From IMG/VR virus record IMGVR_UViG_3300047160_007939, positions 1-64,000 of that record: 64,000 bases of DNA; one strand, 5' to 3'. Origin of the DNA: a virus. Position 1 is the first letter of the stretch. Each line of letters opens with the position of its first letter. Positions 28,168 through 38,100 of this stretch are shown here, piece by piece. Under the pieces are notes generated by a model. The model saw only the letters and a program-made list of their open reading frames with translations. It did not search any database and was not told the origin of the DNA. The position numbers and the translations under genes were made by a program.

Positions 28168-29397
28168 TTAGCCAGCCTGCTGGCTCGCCCGCATCTGGTT
28201 GATGACGGCGTTGAGCTGGAGCAGCTCCTGCTTCAGCACGTCGGGATCCATCTGGTCCGCGCTCTTTCGGAGTTCGGCCAGTCGCTCCATCGCCTTCTTC
28301 ACCTGCCCTGGAAACCCGCCGGAGTAGCTCGGGCCTTTGTTCCCCAGGTAGCTCGGCTTCTGGCCGGGCTTAAAGTTGAAGCCCTGGTCGCCGTCCTCAT
28401 CGTGGACCGGCCCTCTGCCTTTTCCTGTTGGCTTCTTCGGCTTGAAACCGCCGCTGCCGCCCAGCTCACTCTGCATCCAGCTCGGCTTCATTCCGGGCTT
28501 GAAGTTGTAACCCATCGTGTCGCCGCCCTTTGCCGTGGTTTCCGGCTGGATGACGACCATCCCCGGCAGTTGAACTACTCTCATACTCTTCTTCACGCCT
28601 CCCCACTTCGCCTTGATCGCGGCAGCAAGTGCCATCTGCCTTCTCACTTCCGGCGTCATCTTCACCTTCTGCCCCGTGCCGAGGATCTTCTCTTCACGCT
28701 CGAAATCGGCGTGCTGGCCTGCCGGCGACATATCCAGCGGCTTCTCGATGGTGGTGTCTTTCGGATAAGTGAGCTTGCCCGTTTTCATCTCTCGCGCTTC
28801 TCTGTGCTCACTCTCCGCCACCCCCCGCCGCCGCGCGTTGATCATGAAGTTCTTCGGCAACTCCGAACCGGCGGAAGGTGCTCCGTAAAGGCCCGCTTTC
28901 AGCACCACCATCCCCGGCAGTTGAACGACTTGCATCGCTTTCCGAACCTCCACCTTCTGCGCCATCTGCCGCCGGCCTGTGCCGTGGCACGCCTCACAGT
29001 CGTAAGCCCCGTACCTGCCTTCGCCTTTACAGAAGGGACACGGCTGGCTCATTCCCTTACCCAACACCACATCCAGCTCGTGAGCCTGCTTCTTGCGCTC
29101 CTTCCGGTCGTCGGCGCGTGTCTTCGTCGCCAGCACTTTATCGAGGTGCTCGTGCTCCTCCACGAACTCACGCCGGGGGATCGCCACCGGTTTTGCGGCT
29201 TTAGCGATCTTGCGCTTCTTCGGCTTGACGTGCTGGGGCAGCCCTTTGTCCTTCGTTTTGGCGAAGTCCCGCGCGCTGCTCTCGCTGATGTGGGAAGCGA
29301 CCTGACTGACCTTCGCCGATGGGTTCTTGAGCTGGCCGCGCTTTGCGGCAAGCACCATCCCGAAGAGACGCTGCTGGGCAACCGAGGTGGCCGGCAC
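28168..29397 (-). CDS. DUF3008-like N-terminal domain protein
   Basis: MPATSVAQQRLFGMVLAAKRG..ARDFAKTKDKGLP; CPFCKGEG..CEACHGTG zinc finger. Confidence 0.6.
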   Translation of the reverse strand: MPATSVAQQRLFGMVLAAKRGQLKNPSAKVSQVASHISESSARDFAKTKDKGLPQHVKPKKRKIAKAAKPVAIPRREFVEEHEHLDKVLATKTRADDRKERKKQAHELDVVLGKGMSQPCPFCKGEGRYGAYDCEACHGTGRRQMAQKVEVRKAMQVVQLPGMVVLKAGLYGAPSAGSELPKNFMINARRRGVAESEHREAREMKTGKLTYPKDTTIEKPLDMSPAGQHADFEREEKILGTGQKVKMTPEVRRQMALAAAIKAKWGGVKKSMRVVQLPGMVVIQPETTAKGGDTMGYNFKPGMKPSWMQSELGGSGGFKPKKPTGKGRGPVHDEDGDQGFNFKPGQKPSYLGNKGPSYSGGFPGQVKKAMERLAELRKSADQMDPDVLKQELLQLNAVINQMRASQQAG

Positions 29398-29434
29398 GGT
29401 GGGTCCTCCACTACGAACGTCGGCCTGTCACCGG

Positions 29435-30319
29435 CTACTCGCCATAGTGGAAGGCCGGCTGAACCACGCCTCCCACTCGCTCTTCCAGCCGGCACTGGCA
29501 CTTCCATCCGCCGCAGGCGAGGTGACCGGAGCGCGGCGCATAGCCTTTCGAGGTGACTTCCTCGAAGAAGCGTTTAGCCGGCGTCCAGCCCATATTCACG
29601 AACCGCTGGCAATCTTCACAGTGCTCGATGGTGTTCCCAAAGACCCAGCGTATCTCCCTGGTCGCCCGCTGGTCGCCGATCATCCAGCCGGTCCAGAACG
29701 GCTCCCAGGTCGCGTTCACGTAGAGGTCGAGCCGGGCGCGGTAGGGCATCTTCCCCCTGCCCGCGTCCATGTCGTCCGCGAACCGCTTCAGGTAACCCAG
29801 CTCGTCTTTGACCAGCCGGTTGACAATTGCTCTGTCCTGGGAAGATAGTTCAATGGCCGGATCACCAACCGACTGCTGGCCGGCGCGGTACACCTCCTCG
29901 TAAAAGAAGCTAATATCCCGCGCCGTGAAGCGATACCACTCGGCACTGGTGATCCGGCCCAATTCGTAGAGGTCCATCCAGGTGTGCAGACGGGGACGCA
30001 TCTCCTGCTGCACGATCCGCCGCGCCTGCTGACGCGCTGCATCGCGCTCGCCCGGCAGCAGGCGTTGGCGGAACCTACCCCCGATGTCTCTCGGCTGGTA
30101 GTACCCGGTACGTGCCCGTGTCCACCGACCCAGGCGCGTCCGAGGCTGGTAGTGAGACGGATGGGGCTGGACCGCTCTCTCGAACGGATCCAGCCCCAGC
30201 ACTTCGCCGAGCGCGATGACGCTCTGGTAGAACGCTTCCTCCGGCTCTACCCCCGGCTCGATCTGGAGAGTGAGTTCGTAGGCATCGGCTATGCCGTCAC
30301 CGCTCTGGGATCGGCTCAC
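29435..30319 (-). CDS. head morphogenesis protein (MuF / SPP1 gp7-like)
   Basis: RW..EHCEDC..CGGWKCQC C-terminal Cys motif; downstream of portal. Confidence 0.65.
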   Translation of the reverse strand: MSRSQSGDGIADAYELTLQIEPGVEPEEAFYQSVIALGEVLGLDPFERAVQPHPSHYQPRTRLGRWTRARTGYYQPRDIGGRFRQRLLPGERDAARQQARRIVQQEMRPRLHTWMDLYELGRITSAEWYRFTARDISFFYEEVYRAGQQSVGDPAIELSSQDRAIVNRLVKDELGYLKRFADDMDAGRGKMPYRARLDLYVNATWEPFWTGWMIGDQRATREIRWVFGNTIEHCEDCQRFVNMGWTPAKRFFEEVTSKGYAPRSGHLACGGWKCQCRLEERVGGVVQPAFHYGE

Positions 30320-30590
30320 AGCCCATCTTCCTCAAGTCGTCGTCAGTCATCGGGTCGCGGACACGTACCCATCCCAACGTTGCCATCTCGCGGGGCGAGA
30401 GTGCCGTCACCTCGATGTCGCCCCTGACCACCAGGAAGCCGCACCCGCGAGGGATGACGCCTTTCCGGTTCAGGTGCTCCAGCTCCTCCACCATCGCGTC
30501 CACCCGGTCGTGGCTGGTCGTCTGCGGCACGCGAATGATCAGCAGGTCCCCAGGCTGGGGTGACAGTTTCGTGACTTCCTGCTCCGTCAT
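30297..30590 (-). CDS. hypothetical protein
   Basis: Coherent ORF in operon. Confidence 0.5.
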   Translation of the reverse strand: MTEQEVTKLSPQPGDLLIIRVPQTTSHDRVDAMVEELEHLNRKGVIPRGCGFLVVRGDIEVTALSPREMATLGWVRVRDPMTDDDLRKMGCEPIPER

Positions 30591-30602
30591 CGGTTACTTA
30601 CC

Positions 30603-31325
30603 TCACAGCTTCGGAAGGATGACGATCTGGCGGTTCGGCCCTGCGGTGGCAAAGAACTTCTTGCCGTCGCCCCTCGTCACGTCCCAGCCGTAGTTATACA
30701 CCCCGCTCTTCACGAACTCATTCGTCTGCTGGAAGGTGCAGGTGGTGGGCATCGTGATCGTGACGTTTCCACTTCGCAGCACCTCGTCGCCGCAGGTTTC
30801 CACCGTCATCACGAAACTGGAAAGACAGCCTGATAGATCGGGCATCGACGGCAGGTTGAGCGCCTCGGAGATGGGTTCCCACTGGTCGCCCTCGTGGAAG
30901 ATCCAGGGTCCCAGGATGGAGTTCGGCTGCGCCCACGACGGCGGAGCCGGCTCGATCTGGATGGAGCCGAAGGTCCCGCCGCCCGTCTGGTACGGGTTGC
31001 CGATCTTCGTGCCGTCCCAGCCGAAGGCATCCGCTCCGCAGGGGCTGTCGGCTGCCGAGGCGTTCGTGCCCACCCTGGCCCGGAACGCGAGGTCCCAACT
31101 GTCAATCGGCAGGGTCGCCGGAACGACGAAGAGAAACAGGCCGGTCGCCCCGGCTCCGCCCACCTCGATCAGCGGCACAGCGTAGCTCGTCCAGTGAGAG
31201 AGGAGAAAGTCCTCCGTGCCCGAGCCGTTCCACCACTGGCCCGAGGCGAGGCTCCGCAGGTAGCCGTCAATCGCTGGCGGCGGAACCCGCTGGCCGTAGT
31301 CGAGCAAGATGGTGTTGTCGGGCAT
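30603..31325 (-). CDS. putative structural protein (Ig-like / fibre-associated)
   Basis: Beta-rich; C-terminal GVYNYGWDVT..DG motif. Confidence 0.45.
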   Translation of the reverse strand: MPDNTILLDYGQRVPPPAIDGYLRSLASGQWWNGSGTEDFLLSHWTSYAVPLIEVGGAGATGLFLFVVPATLPIDSWDLAFRARVGTNASAADSPCGADAFGWDGTKIGNPYQTGGGTFGSIQIEPAPPSWAQPNSILGPWIFHEGDQWEPISEALNLPSMPDLSGCLSSFVMTVETCGDEVLRSGNVTITMPTTCTFQQTNEFVKSGVYNYGWDVTRGDGKKFFATAGPNRQIVILPKL

Positions 31326-31337
31326 CGTAGGGTCCCC

Positions 31338-31706
31338 CTACTCCTCGCCGCGCTGAAAGCCCTCGATCCGGTCCATCGAAGCGTCCACGAGCGCGTGCAG
31401 CTCTTGCCGCAGACTGATCCCCTTTCGTGGCCGGCCCTGACCGTCCACAATCGGAACCTCGTTGGCGAGGTTCATCGGGCAGCTCACGAAGCCGTCTTCG
31501 TAGCGGACGAACTCGATCTGGATCCTCGCCGCCGTCACTGCCGCTTTCAGAGGCGTCTGCACCTCGGCAGGCCGGCTGGCCGGCTCGGTCCTTCGGGGAG
31601 CCGGGTAGTTCTCGATCACCGGCGGCTCCGGGTTCTCCTGGCTGCCGTTCTCGTGTACCTGCCCGCTGGGAAGCTGGGCGTCCTTCTCCTCGGTCTTTCG
31701 CATCAC
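31338..31706 (-). CDS. hypothetical protein
   Basis: ORF coupled to neighbours. Confidence 0.5.
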   Translation of the reverse strand: MMRKTEEKDAQLPSGQVHENGSQENPEPPVIENYPAPRRTEPASRPAEVQTPLKAAVTAARIQIEFVRYEDGFVSCPMNLANEVPIVDGQGRPRKGISLRQELHALVDASMDRIEGFQRGEE

Positions 31707-32119
31707 TTGCCTTTCTTCACTGCCTTACGCGCTGCCTGGGGATAGAGGATCCCCCACGCAATCTGCGGAAGCGCATCCGCAAGAAGCGTTCCGTCTGCGA
31801 TCCCAAACCGTTGGGCCAGAACTCCGCTGCCGTCGATCCGAGCTGTCTCAATGGCCGCAATGAAGTCGCTGGCCGGCAGAGCCGGAGGTTTGGCTTCCGG
31901 GTCCGGTTCTTCGAGTGGTGCGGCTATCTCGTCCACGAGGCGAAGCGGCGGCACGTTCACTGCCTCGTGCCACACACCCGCCGCGTCTTTCACGCCCAGC
32001 GCAACAGCAGCCGCCGCCGGGTTGCCGGTGATCGACGGAGCGTAGGTGAGCTGCCGGATGATGGGCGTGCCGGATTGGGTCTGCTCGACGGTGATCGGAA
32101 TGTCGGTGGTCCAGCTCAT
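31703..32119 (-). CDS. hypothetical protein (possible fibre chaperone)
   Basis: AAGGAG RBS; directly after giant fibre gene. Confidence 0.5.
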   Translation of the reverse strand: MSWTTDIPITVEQTQSGTPIIRQLTYAPSITGNPAAAAVALGVKDAAGVWHEAVNVPPLRLVDEIAAPLEEPDPEAKPPALPASDFIAAIETARIDGSGVLAQRFGIADGTLLADALPQIAWGILYPQAARKAVKKGK

Positions 32120-32129
32120 CGCTGCTCCT

Positions 32130-35100
32130 TTAGGCTGTCATCGAAGTGTAAAGGGGCGCATACATGATGGTGTTGTTCACGTTCACCTTCAGCCAGCCCT
32201 GCACCGTACCGGGCGTGGCTTTCGTGGACGCAGCCCCGAGCGCCGGATGCGTACCCGCCGCCTGATTGAAGCGGAAGATCGCCGCGTCCGTGATCGTGAC
32301 GTTGGTGAGCGGAGTTGGCGCTTCGAGGTCGATGTAGTTGTGCCGCGTTACCGTCTGGGCAGCCGCCGCACTGTATCCAGGCCGGAGTGTCAGCGCGCTC
32401 GCGTAACCGTCTGCCGGCGAGGTCGTAATCGCCGCTGTCTCCTGGACGTGGAGCATCATTGCCGGAGTAGCGTTCCCTACCCCGACCCAGCCACCGTTGT
32501 CGTTCAGGATGATAGAACCCTTCGCTCCCGCTGTGCCTGCTCCAGCTCCGGCAAGCCCGCCACGGATGAGGACGTTCGCCCCGTTGCCGTTGGTCGTTGA
32601 ACCTGCTCCACCAGCCCCAGCGGTGATGTTGACGGCTCCGCCGATGGCTCCGGTAACCGCTGCGCCGCCGCCGCCTCCGGCTCCCGCTGTGAAGGTGAGC
32701 GCGCCGCCCGCCGATCCGACGTTCGTGCCGCTGTTGACACCACCCGCTCCGCCGATGAAGCTGCCGGCTCCGCCCACGCTCCCGCCCACCGAGTTCCCGC
32801 AGGTGATTGGAATTGCTCCGCCGGCTCGAACCACGCTGCCGTCACCCCCGGCTGCGCCGGCAGTGATGGTCACCGTGCCGCCAGCTCCACCGCTGGCGAC
32901 CGAAGATCCGGCTCGCCCGAGGAGACTGGCTCCGCCGCCGGCTCCACCGGAACCGGTTCCACCGACGCCAGCCGGCCCGCCCTGAAGGGTAGCCAGCCCA
33001 CCGGTTCCGCCGCCGGTGACACCCCCCACACCCCCAGCACCAGCAGTGAGGGTGATCGCGCCGCCGTTGCCGGCTACCTGCTGCGCGCCGGTCCCGTTGC
33101 TCTGATCGCCGCCCGCTCCGGCAGTGATCAGAACCGCGCCACCACCCCCGGCGTTGTTGTTGCCCGAGGTAGCGCCGGAAGCCGCGCCGCCTTTACCGAT
33201 GGTGAGGGTCCAACCGCCGCTGCCGCCGCCGGTGTTGTTGCCGGTCCCGGCAGTGGATGCCGCACCACCAGCCCCACCGGTCCATACGAACGCGCCGCCA
33301 GCCCCACCCTGCGCGTTGCCGGTATTGTTGTTGGCTGCGCCTCCTACCCCGGTCGTGCCGCTGAAGGATCCACCAGCTCCCCCTGTGTTGTTGCCGGAAG
33401 TCGCTCCGGTCGCCGCGCCACCTGCTCCGCCTGCGGCGCTCCAGGCGCTGCCTACCCCACCGATATTGGCTCCAGTCCCGGCAACCGTCGCCACACCTCC
33501 AACGGCAGGCGTAAACACCCAGCCGCCGGCTGGACCGCCCGTGGAAGAGACATCCGCATTCGGAGCTGTACCCGCCTGGGACCCCCAGAAGGTGATAGGC
33601 GCACCCGAGTTGGCAACCACCGTGCCGGTTTCCGCTCGCGGCCCTGCGCCGCCACCGGTGATGTAAAGAGCTGCCGAGGCAACGTTGCCGACCCCGATCC
33701 CGCACTTGATCTGGATGCTGCCGCCGCCACGAGGCACGCTGCCATCGCCGCCTGCGTCTCCGCAGAAGAGGATCAATCCGCCGCCGGCTCCACCGCTGCC
33801 AGTCGTGGAACCTCCCGCAGCACGAGCGTCGATACCTCCTCCGGCGCTGCCCACCGTTCCCGCTGCGGGTGCGCCCCCGCGCAGGTAACACATCCCGCCG
33901 ATATTGGTTTGCCCGGTGCTGTTCCCTGTGCCCGCCGTGCCACCGGACATGGTGACATTGCCGCCGTTCCCTCCGACCAACACCCCGCTGCCGAGGCTGG
34001 CCGCGCCACCTATGCCGCCGTAGAGCATGATCTGCCCGCCAGCACCCCCGGTGTTTGTGCCGCTCGATGCGCCGGAAGCCGCTCCGCCCGTGCCCCCGTA
34101 AGCCTGCCAGTTACCACCCAGCCCACCGGTGTTGGTTCCCGTACCAGCAACCTGGGCCGCTCCGCCTGTTCCAGCAGTCCAGGAGAACGGCCCTCCCCCG
34201 CCGCCGGTCGATGCGGTCGTTGCATAGAGCGCCTGCCCGCCGGCAGCCTGGATGACGTAAACCTGCCCGCCAATGCCACCGATACCCGTGGTAGCGATGC
34301 TGGTATTTCCACCACGGCCCGTGAGCGCATTGTTCAGGCGAAGGTAATCCTGCTGGGTCGTAGCCGGTGTCGTCGCCACGTCCGCTGGATTGAGCGCCTC
34401 GATCCGCAGCGCCGGGGGAGTGCCGGCTCCCGAAGCCAAGTTGATTGCCACCCCGCCGCTGATCGGGTAGAGCACAAGCTGACCGTACTGGCTCACCGAG
34501 AGGTCGGCATACTGCGTTCCGGCTGCCTGGGAGAGCCGGAGCTGCGGGTTTACCGCATCCACCACTTCGAGCGCCCTGGCCGGCACGCCGGTCGTGTTGA
34601 TACCCACCATCCCACCGGACGGCAGGATCCGCAGCATCCCGGACGATCCGGTGTAGAGGTCCGTGTTATGGGTCGCATCGTAGGTGAGCCGTGCCTGGGG
34701 GTTGCCGGTGCTGTCGAGCACCTCCAGAGCGCGCGTGGGCACGGTCACCGGCGCGGAAGCCGGCGGCATGTTCACGCCCAGCTTGCCGCTGGTCGCGTTG
34801 ACGACCCCGTTCCCACTGCTATCAACCTGGAATGACAGGCGCTGCGCTGCGGTGGTATCGTAGTCCAGCACGAGCTGCGGGTTGCCGCCAACACCCTGCC
34901 CACCGACCTCCAGCACCCCCTGGTTGGGAGTGAGGTTGATCCCGAGCGCGCCGGGTGTGCTCCCTGTGCCGACCGAGTTGACCTGCGCCTTTCCGCTGTT
35001 GTTGGCGATGAAGTCGAGGTAGGAAACGTCGGTGGTGTTGTTAACCCTGAATGCCGGCGTGCCGGCTGTTCCGCCTCCCTGCGCCTGGAGCGCCGGGCCG

Positions 35101-38100
35101 CTGCTCATCGTGGCGAAGCCGGTCGGCAGACCACCACAGGCGACGTGCCCCATCATCCAGGTATTGCCCGGCCCTGCCGCCGCGCCGATGGACAGCATCG
35201 TGTTGGCGTCCAGCTTCAGCTCGGTGTAGTGGACACCGTTGGTGAGCCGGAGCTGGGGAGCCGCCGTATCCACGAACTCGCCTCGGGCCGGGGGCGAGCC
35301 GGAAAGCGGCGTGTTACCAACCAGCAGGTGACCGGAGAGCGCGAGGTCCGTGCCGGCAGTGAAACGCGGGTCGTTGCCCTGGCAGACGGTATCCGCCGTG
35401 TTGCCGTAGGGAACTTCCTCCCAGCCGGTATTGGCCGCATTCACCTTCAGGAAGCCATTGGCGATGTTACTCGGCAGCGGGTTCCCGCCCAGCTTCGCCA
35501 CGGTCGGGTTCGGGTAAATCCCGGAGAGGTCGCCGCCGGCAGCACCCGAGGGAGGCAGGCCCGCCGTGAAGCGGCTGTCGTCGCCGGCTGCCAGCGTGCC
35601 GGCTACCTGCCCCTTCAGGAGCGTGGCAATCTGGGACACGGTGAGGTCCACCACGGCAGCCGAGCCGCTCGTGTTGTTCCCCTTCATCGTGTTGGCCGGT
35701 GCGTTGACCAGCATCGCGTTGGTCACCACGCCTGCCGCGATGGATGGGTTCGGGTACGTGCCGGTGAGCATTCCGCCTGCCGGCCCGGTCGGGTTGCGGC
35801 TGTCCGACAACCGGCTATCGTTGCCGATACAGAGCGTCGAGCCGGTCGTACCCGAAAGCATCCCGGAAACCTGGGCCACAGTCAGGTCGGTAGGAGAAGC
35901 AATCCCACCGGTGAGGTTGCCCTTCAGGGTGCTCGCCGCCATCGTAGCCAGCTTCGCGTTCCCTACCGATCCGGCGCTGATAGTCGGGTTCGGGTAAGTC
36001 CCGGTGAGGTCCCCGCCGGCTGCGCCTGTCGGCGTGCGACTGTCCGAGAGCCGGCTGTCGTTCCCTACACAGAGGGTCGAGCCGGTAGTTCCCGCCAGCA
36101 TCGTTGTCGTCTGCGCCACGGTGAGGTCGAGCGGAGCACCCGCCGAGGCGCTGTTGTTGCCCTTCAGCGTCGTGGCCGGCGAGCTGGCGTGCATCGCGTT
36201 CGTGACGACACCTGCCGCGATGGTAGGGTTGGGATAGGTCCCGGTGAGCGAACCGCCTGCCGCTCCGGTGGGATTGCGGCTGTCCGAAAGACGACTGTCG
36301 TTGCCGACGCAAAGGGTGGTCGCCGTCGTTCCGGCCAGCATCCCAGCCACCGTCGCCGTCGAGAGGTCGGTGGGAGACGCTACCCCTGCCGTGGAGTTGC
36401 CTTTGATCGTGGTCGCCGGAGCCGTGGCGAGCTTCGCATTGGTGATCGCTCCCGCGTTCACGGTCGGGTTCGGGTACGTGCCTCCCAGGTCCCCACCCGC
36501 AGCACCCATCGGGATCCGGCTATCCGAGAGCCGGGCATCGTTCCCCACGCAGAGCGTTGTGCCTGTGTTCCCAGCCAGAAGCGCGCTCACCTGGGTCACG
36601 GTCAGATCCGCCGGCACGCCGGCCACGGCAGCGTTGTTCCCCTTCAGGGAGTAGCCGGCAGCGTTCGCCAGCTTCGCATTCGTGATGGCTCCCGCCGTGA
36701 CAGTCGGGTTCGGGTACGTCCCGGTGAGGTCACCACCCGCTACCCCGTTCGGCGGGCTGGGAGCGCCGAAGCGCGCGTCGTTGCCGAAGGCCAGCGTGTT
36801 CGCCGTCGTGCCGCCCAGGAGGTTCGCTACCTGGGAGATGGACAGGTCAACGGGAGCCACCGGAACACCGGTGTTGTTCCCCTTCAGCGAGTTGGCCGGT
36901 GAGTTCGCGTGCATCGCGTTCGTCACCACGCCAGCGGCAATCACCGGGTTCGGGTAGGTCCCGGAGAGCGAGCCTCCCGCGTTTCCGGTCGGGTTCCGGC
37001 TGTCGGAGAGCCGCGCATCATTGCCGACGCAGAGGCTGGTTCCGGTCGTGCCCTGGAGCATCGCCGACACCTGCGCCGAGGTCAGGTCCAGCGGTACGGC
37101 GGCTGCGCCGGTGTTGTTGCCTTTCAGCGAGTTGGCCGCTGCATTGGCAAGCTTCGCGTTCGTGATGGCTCCCGAGGCGACGGTAGGGTTGGGGTACGTC
37201 CCGGACAGGTCCCCACCTGCCGCACCCGAAGGAGCGCGGCTGTCGGAGAGCCGGCTGTCGTTACCCTGGCAAACGGTATTCGCCACCGAACCGTAAGCCG
37301 CTTCCTCCCAGCCGGTGTTGCCCGAGTTCCGCTTCAGGAAACCGTTGGCCGCGTTGACGGGCAGCGCGCTCCCACCCAGGCCGGCGACGGTCGGGCCGGG
37401 GTATGCGCCGGCCAGATCCCCACTGGCTGCGCCGCTCGGTGGCCCGCCGCCGCCGAAGCGCGGATCGTTGCCTGCCGCCAGCGTTCCGGCTGTTGTCCCA
37501 GCCAGAAGGTTCGCGGTCTGGGCCACGGTCATATCCACCGGGGCTGCCGCCGCTCCGGTGTTGTTGCCCTTTACCGAGAGTGCGGGGGAGTTGGCGTGCA
37601 TCGCGTTCGTCACGACCCCCGCCGCAATCACCGGGTTGGGATAGGTTCCCGAGAGCGAGCCGCCGGCAGCGCCCGTGGGCGCGCGACTATCCGAAAGCCG
37701 GCTGTCGTTGCCGATGCAAAGGGTTGTGCTCGTGGTCCCCGAGAGCATTGCCGCTGCCTGGGCCACAGTGAGGTCAAGCGCGTTCGCCAGCCCTGCGGTG
37801 TTGTTCCCCTTCAGCGTGCCGGCAGCCATCTGCGCGGCCTTCGCGTTGGTGACCGCATTGGATGCGATGACCGGGTTGGGATAGCTGCCCGAAAGGTCCC
37901 CGCCTGCGCTCCCGGTCGGCGTTCTGCTGTCGGAAAGCCGGCTGTCGTTCCCCTGCGCCACGGTGTTGGCTGCCGTGCCGTAGGTAACTTCCTCCCAGGC
38001 TGTGCCTGCCGCGTTGACCTTCAGAAAGCCGCCCGCGACAATGGCCGGCAGGTTGCTTCCCTGAAGACCGCGCACCGTTGGGTTCGGGTACGCGCCAGTC

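Noticed and set aside
32300-34300. PE-PGRS or collagen call for the Gly-rich region
   Set aside because: No PE domain and no sustained Gly-X-Y periodicity; part of the phage fibre gene
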